From contig JBGPGO010000028.1 of assembly GCA_041483895.1 (NCBI GenBank), positions 1 to 30,317 on the forward strand: a stretch of DNA of 30,317 nucleotides, read 5' to 3'. The DNA is from Fimbriimonadia bacterium. Lineage in GTDB: Bacteria; Armatimonadota; Fimbriimonadia; Fimbriimonadales; JABRVX01. Position 1 is the first letter of the stretch. The number at the start of each line of letters is the position of its first letter. The notes beneath the pieces were generated by a model, which had not been told where the DNA came from, did no database searches, and saw only the letters and a list, made by a program, of their open reading frames with translations. Shown here in pieces: positions 15,874-25,625 of this stretch. The position numbers and the translations under genes were made by a program.

Positions 15874-18800
15874 TTAGGGCGGTCCGTCCAGACCGAAGTG
15901 GATGAACACGATGTTCATATCCGGCAAACCGACAGATCCGGAGCCGTCGAGATCCACCGTGCCCGCATCGGTTTCGCCGAACTGAACGAAGATCAGGTTG
16001 AGGTCCTCGAGGTTTATGTGATTGTTGCTGTCCGCGTCTCCGCAGTCTGGCAGATCGATGTCCGTGACGCCGGTTCCGTCCACCGTCACGGACGGGACAA
16101 TCACTCGCAGCCAACGATCCGCCTTGACAGCCACCGTGTATGTGCCGGGCGCAACGCTGACGACGATGTTGCTCTGAGCATCCGGATGGACGGTACTGGA
16201 AGCGATCACCGATCCTGAAACCGGATCCCGAAACTCGACATCCACCGACACGAGGGTGGGATCGCCGACATACGTTTCCAAATCCAAGCGCCCGGAGAAA
16301 AGCACATTCGTCCCGGAGTTACACATGAATCGCGTTATCTGAATCTGGTCGACGCCCGCGATCGTGACCGAATTGTTCGGATTGTCCGAAATCGTGAACC
16401 TAAGCTTCATGTTTGCCGTCGGCTGCACAATGTCGCTGACGATGAAATCGTACGAAATCCACACCCGGCCGACGATTGGCCCTTGCGGAAGGTAATCGCC
16501 CGGTACGAATGTGTGAACAGGTACCCACGTCTGCCCGCCGTCATTGGAAATATCCAAGAACAGATGGTCGTCATCGCCATTATTGTACAGCCAGGATTCG
16601 AAGCTGACTTGGCCGTTGTAGCCGTTGAGATCGAATGTGGGAGAAGTCAATATCGTCGGACCGCCATCCAGGTCACCGTATCTAGCACCGCCGCCGGAAA
16701 CGCCAAGACCGGTCATCCAGCATTTATTTCCGCTATCGTAAGGGCTGTCTGAGAATGGCCGGGCCAAATCCCCCGGACCGAAGTACGAGTAGTTGGGGAT
16801 TCCACGGATCCAACCGCCTGTAGAGACTGAAATGTTCTGTACCTGCCAGCCCTTGTCGGTCTCGCAATCGTCGTAGAAGATCACCCGCGTATCGACCGAG
16901 TAGATCACCACTTCTGGGCTGAAACGCCCGTCGGCGGGATAATAGGCCATTACGCCTTCCAAGGTGTCTACCGACAGATACCATCGGACAATCGTTCCGC
17001 ATGGCTGGGCCGGGAAGGTGGCGAGGACCGGATTGATAGAACCCAGCGGAATGTCGGAATACGGCCCGCCGTTAACGGAAAGGTGCAGCATCACGGTATC
17101 CATGTCCGGATGGTTGATGCCGGGCGAAATCAGCGCGGTGGCAGTATGGATCGTGTTCGGTGTGGTGAATCCGGCCGGGATATTTACTTCGAACCGCACC
17201 AGCGGCAGATTTGGGGCTCTGAGATTGTGCTGCCCGAATCCGGCCTTGATCTCATTCCAATGCGGCGTCCCGTTGGAGAGATCGCCATCATCATCATCCA
17301 AAGTGAGGACGTCGATCGTCATCATGGGCGAAATCTGATACGGGCGGACAAGCAGCGCCCCCAAATAGAGTCTCCTGACGACATCGAGCGCAGCGGTATC
17401 CCCAATCGTAGCGGCCAACTGATCCTTCGTGTGCCAAAACGCGCCGGCAATCACCTGTCCCGCGGTATGCGACTCCGTCGCTTCCCCCGAGGGATATTGC
17501 TCGGTAGTCGTTTCCAGATTGCGGAGCGGCAGTGAGCCGGGGCCGTTGGCCTCGCGGAATATCTCCGGATCGTTTGCAAAGAGCGCGGACAAGAGATCCG
17601 CGAACCCCTCGTGAAATGAGTTCAACAGGATCGGAAAATTAGGCTGAGCTCTTGAAACAATGTAATGCCCGTATTCGTGATAGATCACGGAGGAATAGGC
17701 TCCGTTTACCCACCCTTGAATGAAATCTGCCGGCGCGAAATTCAACTCGATGAAATCGAAGTCGCCGAGCTGCGAGGAGTATGGGTTGTTCACTTTCGCC
17801 ACAATCGGATAATCGATGCCTGGGAAGTTCGGCTCGATCGATTTCACAAAATCGTGTACTTTGGTTACGTGAATCATCGCGTTGACTTGGGCCGTCTGGG
17901 CGGCTTTCTTGCCCGGGTTCAGGGTGAAGTCCGCCGGACCGGGAGGCGTGACCGTCACCGTCCGGCTTTCGTCAATATTGTCCGTGTTGTCGACAGATAC
18001 CCATAAGCCCTGGTCAACGGTCGCGGTCACATCCGCCTCAACAGTGCCCAGATGCGGAAGCACGAATGTACCGTCGGGATTCGTGAAGGTGTAGTTGCCG
18101 TCGTAATCGAACACTCTCGCGCCCGGAACCGGTTGCAGCGTAGGCGCGTTGCCCAAAATGTCCGGCCGCATTCCCGGCGTAGCATTCCCCATTACTGTGC
18201 CGCCGATATCTGCCTGAAGAATAAGGTTCACGTCGTCAAGCTTATCGCCGGTTGTGGCGTCTATGAATAGCAGATGGTGATATCGCAGCCTTGGATTTCG
18301 GCTAACGACACGAACCTGGTAGGCCATTCTCGGCGTCTCCCCACGGGTAAACAAGATGGGCTCGACCGATTCGATGCTCACATCCTTTCGCACCACCCGA
18401 GCGGCAGCGTTTGCCGCCCCGTTACCGGAAAGCACGAAACCACCAGGAAGTCCCGACGGGTCCGTCCCGGACATGGCGCCGACAACCAAAACCATTTGGT
18501 TATCGATGTCGTTCTTGATGAGGCACGCGAGGTATCCGTTCAGGACGGGGACGGTATCGACATATTGACGGAAATAGACTACCGTGAACTTTCCGTTCAT
18601 CACGTCCTGCTGCCCATCGAAATGGACGTCCGCCACATTGATGGAGAACAACGGGCCCGCGTATTGGTTCACGAATGCCTGGGCAGTTTGCTTGGGAGAG
18701 GATCCGCCGCCGAACGATCGGCCCCAAATGCGCCAATCTGTCGGGCTGGCTTCGGAATAGGCAAGGCCCGGATAGGCGGACAACAACTGACTCAGGCCTG

Positions 18801-18912
18801 ATGCATTGGGCGTAGCCAGGGAACGGGATCCGCCGATAGCCAGCAGCGCGGCGATCCCAAGCATGCGCACCGTCCGTGCGCCAGCTCCTTTTCGCAATTC
18901 AGATCTATTCAT
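15874..18912 (-). CDS. Large secreted zinc metallopeptidase (M4/M36-like, FTP/PepSY-like propeptide) with C-terminal Ig plus dockerin-like module
   Basis: Signal peptide; propeptide VYFRQYVDTVPV...FIDATTG; VIYHEYGH (HEXXH) and SFHEGFAD; C-terminal GDADSNNHINLEDL / DLDGSGSVGLPDM. Confidence 0.85.
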   Translation of the reverse strand: MNRSELRKGAGARTVRMLGIAALLAIGGSRSLATPNASGLSQLLSAYPGLAYSEASPTDWRIWGRSFGGGSSPKQTAQAFVNQYAGPLFSINVADVHFDGQQDVMNGKFTVVYFRQYVDTVPVLNGYLACLIKNDIDNQMVLVVGAMSGTDPSGLPGGFVLSGNGAANAAARVVRKDVSIESVEPILFTRGETPRMAYQVRVVSRNPRLRYHHLLFIDATTGDKLDDVNLILQADIGGTVMGNATPGMRPDILGNAPTLQPVPGARVFDYDGNYTFTNPDGTFVLPHLGTVEADVTATVDQGLWVSVDNTDNIDESRTVTVTPPGPADFTLNPGKKAAQTAQVNAMIHVTKVHDFVKSIEPNFPGIDYPIVAKVNNPYSSQLGDFDFIELNFAPADFIQGWVNGAYSSVIYHEYGHYIVSRAQPNFPILLNSFHEGFADLLSALFANDPEIFREANGPGSLPLRNLETTTEQYPSGEATESHTAGQVIAGAFWHTKDQLAATIGDTAALDVVRRLYLGALLVRPYQISPMMTIDVLTLDDDDGDLSNGTPHWNEIKAGFGQHNLRAPNLPLVRFEVNIPAGFTTPNTIHTATALISPGINHPDMDTVMLHLSVNGGPYSDIPLGSINPVLATFPAQPCGTIVRWYLSVDTLEGVMAYYPADGRFSPEVVIYSVDTRVIFYDDCETDKGWQVQNISVSTGGWIRGIPNYSYFGPGDLARPFSDSPYDSGNKCWMTGLGVSGGGARYGDLDGGPTILTSPTFDLNGYNGQVSFESWLYNNGDDDHLFLDISNDGGQTWVPVHTFVPGDYLPQGPIVGRVWISYDFIVSDIVQPTANMKLRFTISDNPNNSVTIAGVDQIQITRFMCNSGTNVLFSGRLDLETYVGDPTLVSVDVEFRDPVSGSVIASSTVHPDAQSNIVVSVAPGTYTVAVKADRWLRVIVPSVTVDGTGVTDIDLPDCGDADSNNHINLEDLNLIFVQFGETDAGTVDLDGSGSVGLPDMNIVFIHFGLDGPP

Positions 18913-18992
18913 CGTTTTGCCGATCTGTCAGGCGGGTTGGAAATCAATTGCGGCAGGTGCAAACAGGCGCACCGCCAGCCCAGTGCTTATAC

Positions 18993-19021
18993 ATGGTAGC
19001 CCAAAACCTTCGATTGGTCAA
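18993..19021 (-). promoter_or_regulatory. Sigma70 promoter of the metallopeptidase gene
   Basis: TTGACC-17 nt-TACCAT. Confidence 0.6.
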
Positions 19022-19056
19022 GGGTGAAAACACAAGATTCTGCCCTTAAAGTAGGA

Positions 19057-19275
19057 TTAAATGGCTCTAAGGACCTTGCCGCTTCGGATACACCGCGTGC
19101 AAACCCGGAGCCGGGCCGTGGATTTACCGTCGTTGAGGATGGCGTGGAACGACTGGAGGTTGGGTTTAAATGTGCGCTTCTTGCGCTGAGCCTTCAATTT
19201 CCATTGGCCTGAGTGCTTGTGCCGGATGTGGTTTCCGTGCATCAGGCCCTTTTTGCAAATATCGCAAACGTACAT
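19057..19275 (-). CDS. rpmB: 50S ribosomal protein L28 (zinc-binding CxxC form)
   Basis: CDICKKG...GN...H......RTFKPNLQ...RLRVCTRCIRSGKV; ATG 19275 preferred, TTG 19284 possible. Confidence 0.93.
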   Translation of the reverse strand: MYVCDICKKGLMHGNHIRHKHSGQWKLKAQRKKRTFKPNLQSFHAILNDGKSTARLRVCTRCIRSGKVLRAI

Positions 19276-19338
19276 TTCTCGCAACGTCCTTCCGTATACT
19301 TATGGGAGAGACATGAATTCTACCCTAACCAACAAGAC

Positions 19339-20505
19339 ATGCCGCACCTAACGGAAGACATCTTACAGACTGCGGGCTCATTTATGCGACAAGTGGCGCC
19401 CATCTCGCCGGAAGATAGTATCGGCAGAGCCGCCGAGGTTCTTCGATTCGGCTCGTCTTCCGCCCTGCCCGTCACGGAATATGACGACCCAATCGGCATC
19501 GTCGATGAAAGTTCGCTCCGTGCCGCCATTCTCGACGGTGGCCCGGATCGGGCTGTTTTCGAGGTTATGCGGACCGATTTTGACCGTCTGCCCATGGTCG
19601 CATCCATTCAAGAGGCCGAACGGGCGCTGGAAAATTCGGACCATCAGGCGCTGGTCGTGATCGACGGCGACGGCCGCTATGTCGGCATGCTGTCGGCCGC
19701 GGACCTGCTTGCGCGCAGCTCCAACCCCTATCGGCCCGCCACAATCGGAGGGATGGCCACCCCATTCGGCGTGTACCTGACGACCGGCGCGGTGGACAGT
19801 GGCAAACGCGGCTGGGCGCTTGCCGCGACGGGCGCCTTTCTGTTCCTCACCTATGTTGCGGCAAACCTGCTCGTTCTCGGGCTCGCGTGGCTGGTTCAGG
19901 CGGGGGTGGGCATCCACGTTTTGGATTGGGCCGCTTCCATTCATCCGAACGCCGTCGCCCGATTCACGCAATCCGCGTTGTCCGGCTCCGTGCTAATTTG
20001 CTTCCTGCTGCTGCTTCGATCGACACCACTGGCCGGCATCCACGCCGCGGAGCACAAGGTCGTGCACGCCGTTGAGCGCGGCGAGCGGCTGACCCCCGAA
20101 GTGGTGGACCGCATGCCAAGAGTACATCCCCGGTGCGGAACGAATCTGGCCGCCGGCGCGGGACTGTTCCTGTCCCTTTCCAGCATCTCTTACGGACGGG
20201 AATATTCGGAGCTGGGTCTATTGGCGAGCCTGGTTCTGACGCTTATGTTCTGGCGGCCTTTGGGCCAGTTCTTGCAGGCGGTGGCGACCACGAAGCCGCC
20301 GAAGCGCAAGCAGGTCGAGCAAGCGATTGACGCCGCGGAAGAGCTTATCGTCAAATCGCAGCGCCTCGGCAACCCGCGGGCAAGTTTCGCCCGGCGTTTG
20401 CTGCACAGCGGCCTTCCGCAGATCCTGCTCGGGGTGTTCGCCATCGCCGGTCTGCTGGAGCTGATTCAGTTCGTGTTCGGCTTCGATATCCCGATCTTGG
20501 GTTAA
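19339..20505 (+). CDS. CBS-domain plus DUF1385 membrane protein
   Basis: Tandem CBS repeats at the N-terminus; IGGMATPFGV, HAAEHKVVHA, RVHPRCGTNL, ATTKPP; ATG 19339 avoids overlap with rpmB. Confidence 0.85.
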   Translation: MPHLTEDILQTAGSFMRQVAPISPEDSIGRAAEVLRFGSSSALPVTEYDDPIGIVDESSLRAAILDGGPDRAVFEVMRTDFDRLPMVASIQEAERALENSDHQALVVIDGDGRYVGMLSAADLLARSSNPYRPATIGGMATPFGVYLTTGAVDSGKRGWALAATGAFLFLTYVAANLLVLGLAWLVQAGVGIHVLDWAASIHPNAVARFTQSALSGSVLICFLLLLRSTPLAGIHAAEHKVVHAVERGERLTPEVVDRMPRVHPRCGTNLAAGAGLFLSLSSISYGREYSELGLLASLVLTLMFWRPLGQFLQAVATTKPPKRKQVEQAIDAAEELIVKSQRLGNPRASFARRLLHSGLPQILLGVFAIAGLLELIQFVFGFDIPILG

Positions 20506-20591
20506 GGGACCCGTGGACAAGAGGCCCCGGTTCGGTGTATAACGATAGGCACCGATCTGTTGCCGGCAATGGGGCCGGGGGGGAGTTCTGC

Positions 20592-22568
20592 ATGACCGCA
20601 TCCGTCCGAAGCGAAACGGGAACGAAGATGTTGCCGAAATTGGAACTGCTGCGATTCATGACCTTGTCTCGCGAGGGGGATCGCCGCGAGGCGATATTGA
20701 AGCGCCAATCCAAGGGCTGGTTTCATATTGCCGGCATGGGTCATGAGGGGATAGCGGCGCTCGCCTTCCACATGCAGCCGGACGACTATCTATTCCCCCA
20801 CTATCGAGACCGCGCGCTTGTCCTTGCACGAGGGACAACGAACTACGATCTGGCATTGGCATTTTTCGGAAAGGCCGAATCCGGTTCCGGCGGGCGGCAG
20901 ATGCCGGGTCACCACTCGGATCGAAAACACAACATTTTCTCCATGCCGTCCCCCGTTGCAGCCAACCAGCTGCCGTCTGTCGGTACAGCGTGGGCGATGC
21001 AGTTGGATGGGAAGAAATCGATTACGATCGCCAGCATAGGGGACGCCTCCATCCGAGAGGGCGAGTTTTATGAAGCGGTCTCCTTCGCCATCGAGCGGAA
21101 GCTGCCGAGCCTCTTTTTGGTCCAGGACAACCGATACGGCATCAGCACCAACACGGACAACATGAACCCGCTGCGTCTTGGCGTCTTCGGCGATCAGCAC
21201 GTGTTGCATCTGGACGGACGGAACGTGAACGAGGTGTACGAAAAGTCTGGCCTGGCGGTGGTGAAAGCGCGCTCCGGTGGCGGTCCCACAATTCTTTGGA
21301 TTGAAGTGGATCGCCTGGAGTCCCACAGCTCGTCCGACGATCAGCGGGTTTACCGGCCCACGGAAGACATTGAGGCGATGATGGCCCGCGACCCATTGAG
21401 ACACCTCGTGGACGAGCTGATCGCTTCCGGCGAACTGACCAACGAACGGTGGGAGGCGATGCAGACCGAGATCAGGACCGAAGTGGACGCGGACTATCAG
21501 CGCGCGGAAAAGGCGAAAGACCCGGATGGCAAGCAGTACCTTGTGCAACTCTACGGAGACGCAATCAAAGCCGAAGCGCCGCCAATCGAGGCCGGGAAAA
21601 CCACGACGATGGTCAAGGCGATTGGCGAAACCCTGATGCAGGCGCTCGCCAGCGACAGCCATCGGGTGATGTTCGGCGAAGACGTCGAGGACCCGAAAGG
21701 CGGCGTTTTCGGTTTTACGAAAGGCTGTACGGACGCCTGCCCGAAGCAGGTGTTCAACTCGCCGCTGGCTGAGGCCACAATTGCCGGAGTGGCTGTCGGC
21801 ATGGCCGCGTATGGATGGAAGCCGATCTTCGAGATCCAATTCATTGACTTCATGCCGCCCGCTTGGAATCAGTTCATCACCAACATCGCCACGTTGCGAT
21901 GGCGGACGATGGGTGATTGGACCTGCCCGATGGTGATCTATGCCCCTTACGGCGCCTATCTTCCCGGCGGATCGATGTGGCACAGCCAAAGCAACGACGG
22001 CATTTTGGCGAAGCTGCACGGCATCAACATCGTGATTCCCAGCACGCCGGAGGACGCGGCAGGGCTGTTCTGGACGGCGATCCACGGCAACGACCCGACG
22101 CTGATCCTGGTCCCCAAACATATATTCCGCAAGCAGATGCAGATGCCAGCAAAGTTAGAGGCGGTGCCGCTCGGCAAGGCGCGCACAGTGCGCGAGGGGA
22201 AGGACGTTACGGTAGTCACATGGGGGAACTGCGTCGAGATTTGCGAAGAGGCTGCAGAGAAGTCGCAGGCGCAACTGGAGATCATCGATCTGCGCTCCCT
22301 GGTCCCGTGCGACTGGGCGGCAATCGAAACCTCGGTGGCGAAGACGGGCCGCTTGGTGGTTGTTCACGAGGACAGCCGGACATGTGGGTTCGGCGCAACA
22401 ATACTGGCGGAAATGACCAGCAATCCGGACCGATGGAATCTGTTCCTTTCGCCTCCACAGCTTGTCGCGCGGGCCGACACCCACATCGGCTACAACCCCG
22501 CCTTTGAATATGCCTGCCTGCCGGATGTCGACAAAGTTCTTGACGCGATCCGCGTCACGTTGGAGTAG
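20592..22568 (+). CDS. 2-oxoacid (probably branched-chain) dehydrogenase E1, fused alpha and beta subunits
   Basis: GHEG, PHYRD, TPP motif GDAS..EG...N, HSSSDD, GEDV...GGVF, NSPLAEATIAG, EIQF.DF; SD-like GGGGAG before ATG 20592. Confidence 0.92.
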   Translation: MTASVRSETGTKMLPKLELLRFMTLSREGDRREAILKRQSKGWFHIAGMGHEGIAALAFHMQPDDYLFPHYRDRALVLARGTTNYDLALAFFGKAESGSGGRQMPGHHSDRKHNIFSMPSPVAANQLPSVGTAWAMQLDGKKSITIASIGDASIREGEFYEAVSFAIERKLPSLFLVQDNRYGISTNTDNMNPLRLGVFGDQHVLHLDGRNVNEVYEKSGLAVVKARSGGGPTILWIEVDRLESHSSSDDQRVYRPTEDIEAMMARDPLRHLVDELIASGELTNERWEAMQTEIRTEVDADYQRAEKAKDPDGKQYLVQLYGDAIKAEAPPIEAGKTTTMVKAIGETLMQALASDSHRVMFGEDVEDPKGGVFGFTKGCTDACPKQVFNSPLAEATIAGVAVGMAAYGWKPIFEIQFIDFMPPAWNQFITNIATLRWRTMGDWTCPMVIYAPYGAYLPGGSMWHSQSNDGILAKLHGINIVIPSTPEDAAGLFWTAIHGNDPTLILVPKHIFRKQMQMPAKLEAVPLGKARTVREGKDVTVVTWGNCVEICEEAAEKSQAQLEIIDLRSLVPCDWAAIETSVAKTGRLVVVHEDSRTCGFGATILAEMTSNPDRWNLFLSPPQLVARADTHIGYNPAFEYACLPDVDKVLDAIRVTLE

Positions 22569-22571
22569 CCG

Positions 22572-23735
22572 ATGCCGAGTGTTGCCGTAAAGATTCCCGC
22601 TATGGGCGAGGGGCTGCAAGAAGCGCGCCTCGTCACGATGCTCAAAAAGCCCGGTGAGACCGTAATGCGCGATGAGCCGTTGTACGAGATGGAGACGGAC
22701 AAGGCGGTGATGGCGGTCGAGTCCCCCGTCGAGGGTGTGGTAGAAAAGTGGCTGCATGAGGAGGGGACGGTTCTCCCGATCGGCGCGGAGCTGGTGCTGG
22801 TCAACACCACTGATGACGTTGCCGCGGCAGCTCCGGTAACACGGGAAACGCCGCCGGAGCCAGTCGTCGCGGTTCCGTCCGGCGGCCAGCGGCAGGCCAG
22901 CGGCAATTTGGCCATTCCACCGCGAACGAGAGCGTACGCCAAGGAGAAGGGGATCTCCGATGACGCGCTTGCCACGATTTCGGCGCAAGGCAGCAAGCTG
23001 ATGCCGGAGGACATCGACGCCTACGTGACCGGCGGCGAGAAAACCATTTCCAGCGACAAGTATGTCCAGGAACCGCTCCCAAAACGGCAAACCACCCTGT
23101 CCTACCGCATGAGGCGCGGCGCCGATCTCGTGATTCCAGGCACCATCGAGCGACCAGTGAATTGGTCCGGCATTGAGGCGGTGCGGCAGCGATACAAGGA
23201 CCAGGGCGGCGAATTCCAGCCCTCGCAATACACGATTTTTGCGTATGGCGTGGCGCAGGCGGCGAAGAACCATCCGAAGTTCCGATCCATCTTGCCGAAC
23301 GAGAACGATATTCGCACCTATCACCACATCAATCTTGGTACCGCCGTGGCCCTGCCCGGCGACGAGTTGCTGACGGCGGTTGTGATGGAGGCCGACGCGC
23401 TGGACTTCGTCGGCTTCGCGGGCGCCATGCGCGAGGTGGTGGAAAAAGCGAGGCAGGGGCAGGATCAAGTGTCGGAAAGCACCCAGCTCACGATCACAAA
23501 CATGGCCGGTTACAATCTTCGATCGGCTGTACCAGTCCTCGTATCACCGGCCGTAGCGGTGCTGTTCATGGGCGTGACCTACGACATGCCGATCCCGAAG
23601 GACGGCGGGTTCGATTTCCAGCGAACGGTCAATTTGGGACTAACCTTTGACCACCGGCTCATCAACGGGGTTGGCGCCGCGGAGTTCCTGAATGAAATCA
23701 TCGAGCGGACCGAGAGCGTACAAACGACGCTCTAG
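22572..23735 (+). CDS. 2-oxoacid dehydrogenase E2, dihydrolipoamide acyltransferase
   Basis: Lipoyl motif METDKAV; E3-binding-like PPRTRAYAKEKGI; catalytic TFDHRLING. Confidence 0.92.
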   Translation: MPSVAVKIPAMGEGLQEARLVTMLKKPGETVMRDEPLYEMETDKAVMAVESPVEGVVEKWLHEEGTVLPIGAELVLVNTTDDVAAAAPVTRETPPEPVVAVPSGGQRQASGNLAIPPRTRAYAKEKGISDDALATISAQGSKLMPEDIDAYVTGGEKTISSDKYVQEPLPKRQTTLSYRMRRGADLVIPGTIERPVNWSGIEAVRQRYKDQGGEFQPSQYTIFAYGVAQAAKNHPKFRSILPNENDIRTYHHINLGTAVALPGDELLTAVVMEADALDFVGFAGAMREVVEKARQGQDQVSESTQLTITNMAGYNLRSAVPVLVSPAVAVLFMGVTYDMPIPKDGGFDFQRTVNLGLTFDHRLINGVGAAEFLNEIIERTESVQTTL

Positions 23736-25528
23736 CGGCCCGGCGGGTAGATGGTAAGCGTCCAGTCGCCGATGAGGCTCCAGAAGTAGGCCTTCTTGCG
23801 TCGGATCCCAATGCCGTTGTCTTTGTTCTCCCGCGCGTCGTTGCCATCGGCGTCAAAATAGCGCTGCCACACCTCACCCCAGGTCTTCCCTTCCGCGAGC
23901 AGCTTTTCCCAATTGGCGGGCTCGTCGTTGAACACTTTTCCACGGCCGAGCAGCACCAGGCCGTTGCAGAACATAAGCAACGCCTCCGCCCCTTGGTAGC
24001 GCCCATATCGATCATCCCCGAACGGATAGCGATCGAAATACGGCGGGGTGATGCTGTCGCAGCCGGTGTGCATGAACAGGTTCGGGGTGGGTGGCAAAAC
24101 TTTGTTTTCGTACAGGGTGCGATAGAGCTGGTACTCGCCGAATCCGGCTTCGAAGTCGGCCAGTTCCAACGTGTCGCCCTTGACCTGCCATCCCCACGCC
24201 GGGCCGGTTAAATCCAGGAGCGCTTTGTCATCCTTCGGCCGTCCATATTCGCTGCCCCAAGGTGACGTGTGCGCCTTTATCGCGCGAAGGAACGCCGGCC
24301 GCTTCATCCACGCGACCCAATCGTTCAGGTTGGCATGGGAGCCGACGACATCCAAACCTTTCGTGTCGAGATCGTTCCAAGGTTTGACCGATTGCTTGAG
24401 CGCGGGCACGGACGAATCCCACTCCGTAGAATAGTTGGCAGGCGCCCATCCGTCCGGAACGCCTTTGTTGCGATACGCGTGATCGCGGGTGAAGAATTCG
24501 TAGAGCAACTCGCGCTCCAAGGACGGATCGGACGTCCAGCGCTTATTGGCGTTTGGTACTTTTCCCGAAGCGAAATTGACGGCTTTAGGTCGTCCCTTCC
24601 CGTCTACGAGGGACGGATCCGGGCGGAAGGCAACCAGGGAGGCGTCGATCCGGGAAACGGCGATCTCGGCGCGGCACATGGGATTCGGAAGCTTCTTATC
24701 CTCGTTCGAGCACTCCGAATCGAGCGGCCCGGTTCGAATAAAGCGCATCCCGTCATCGGCAGTTTCGGCCCGGAAGCCTCCATCTTGGACGAAAAAGAAA
24801 TCGGAATAGGCTTTCGTGCCGGTCTCATAATCCTTGGTCGCCACCGCCGTATCGAATGCGGGGAAGGCGGCGCGAAAATAGGGGAGCGGCTTCGACTCCT
24901 CTTGGTACACGGAGTCCCACTTCCCGTCCATGTCGGCGAGGACGATGTCGGCGCTGGTCGCGACCGGTTCGGGATAGCTGACCACCCAATGCCTGCCGGA
25001 TATTTTCTTGCCGGCGATTTCCGTATCGTCATCCCGCTCCCAAAAGTGCTGGCGAACAATGAAGGCATTGGGGAAGCGGCCGATGAGGATCGCGCCCTTC
25101 AGGTCCGGCACGCGGTTAAATACGGATTGAAGAAAATGCCGGACCGCCAGAAGGGTCCGGCCGCCCTGCCTTCGTCTGGTTCCCTCTTCCAGTTGGATGG
25201 AAAGGGCCATCGCATTGTATCCGTCGCCGCTTAGGTCCCGCACGAAACCCTGGATTGACCGCTCCAGCGAACGAGCCCCGCGCAATGGAGTGAGGAGGCG
25301 GCTTTCGACAAGCACCAGAATCGTACCCTTTGGTCCGTTGGCGGGAGATTCATAGGGATATTTCCCCTTTTCCTCGATCCGTTGCAGGGAGCGAATCTCC
25401 GGATATCCATCCTTGTTGATGTCGATCGCGTGCAGGCCGGCTGCCTCCACGGCGGCTCTGGCATCGGCCAGGGTCCCGGCAAAGGAAGGCACGAAAAGCG
25501 CTAGGAGACAAAGGGAAAAGGTCCTCAT
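23732..25528 (-). CDS. Secreted hypothetical protein, possible divergent peptidase C25 (gingipain-like)
   Basis: Signal peptide from ATG 25528; GAILIGRFP, EIAVSRID, IKAHTS and FMHTGC, terminal LIGDWTL. Confidence 0.6.
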   Translation of the reverse strand: MRTFSLCLLALFVPSFAGTLADARAAVEAAGLHAIDINKDGYPEIRSLQRIEEKGKYPYESPANGPKGTILVLVESRLLTPLRGARSLERSIQGFVRDLSGDGYNAMALSIQLEEGTRRRQGGRTLLAVRHFLQSVFNRVPDLKGAILIGRFPNAFIVRQHFWERDDDTEIAGKKISGRHWVVSYPEPVATSADIVLADMDGKWDSVYQEESKPLPYFRAAFPAFDTAVATKDYETGTKAYSDFFFVQDGGFRAETADDGMRFIRTGPLDSECSNEDKKLPNPMCRAEIAVSRIDASLVAFRPDPSLVDGKGRPKAVNFASGKVPNANKRWTSDPSLERELLYEFFTRDHAYRNKGVPDGWAPANYSTEWDSSVPALKQSVKPWNDLDTKGLDVVGSHANLNDWVAWMKRPAFLRAIKAHTSPWGSEYGRPKDDKALLDLTGPAWGWQVKGDTLELADFEAGFGEYQLYRTLYENKVLPPTPNLFMHTGCDSITPPYFDRYPFGDDRYGRYQGAEALLMFCNGLVLLGRGKVFNDEPANWEKLLAEGKTWGEVWQRYFDADGNDARENKDNGIGIRRKKAYFWSLIGDWTLTIYPPGR

Positions 25529-25586
25529 GTGTAGATTAGACGGATAAACGGCCGATTCCATTCACCAATTTTCTCGCCAAAGTGAA

Positions 25587-25615
25587 ATCGGGCGGATCCG
25601 GAGGACCCGCCCGAT
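25587..25615 (-). terminator. Intrinsic terminator-like hairpin after the PEP-CTERM gene
   Basis: ATCGGGCGG...CCGCCCGAT stem followed on the minus strand by TTCACTTT. Confidence 0.6.
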
Positions 25616-25625
25616 AGACTGTTCG

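Noticed and set aside
20790..23468. Long antisense ORFs (20790-22121, 22155-23468; likewise 5085-6221, 24269-25234, 28233-29471)
   Set aside because: Shadow frames opposite well-supported genes in GC-rich DNA, with no recognisable motifs.
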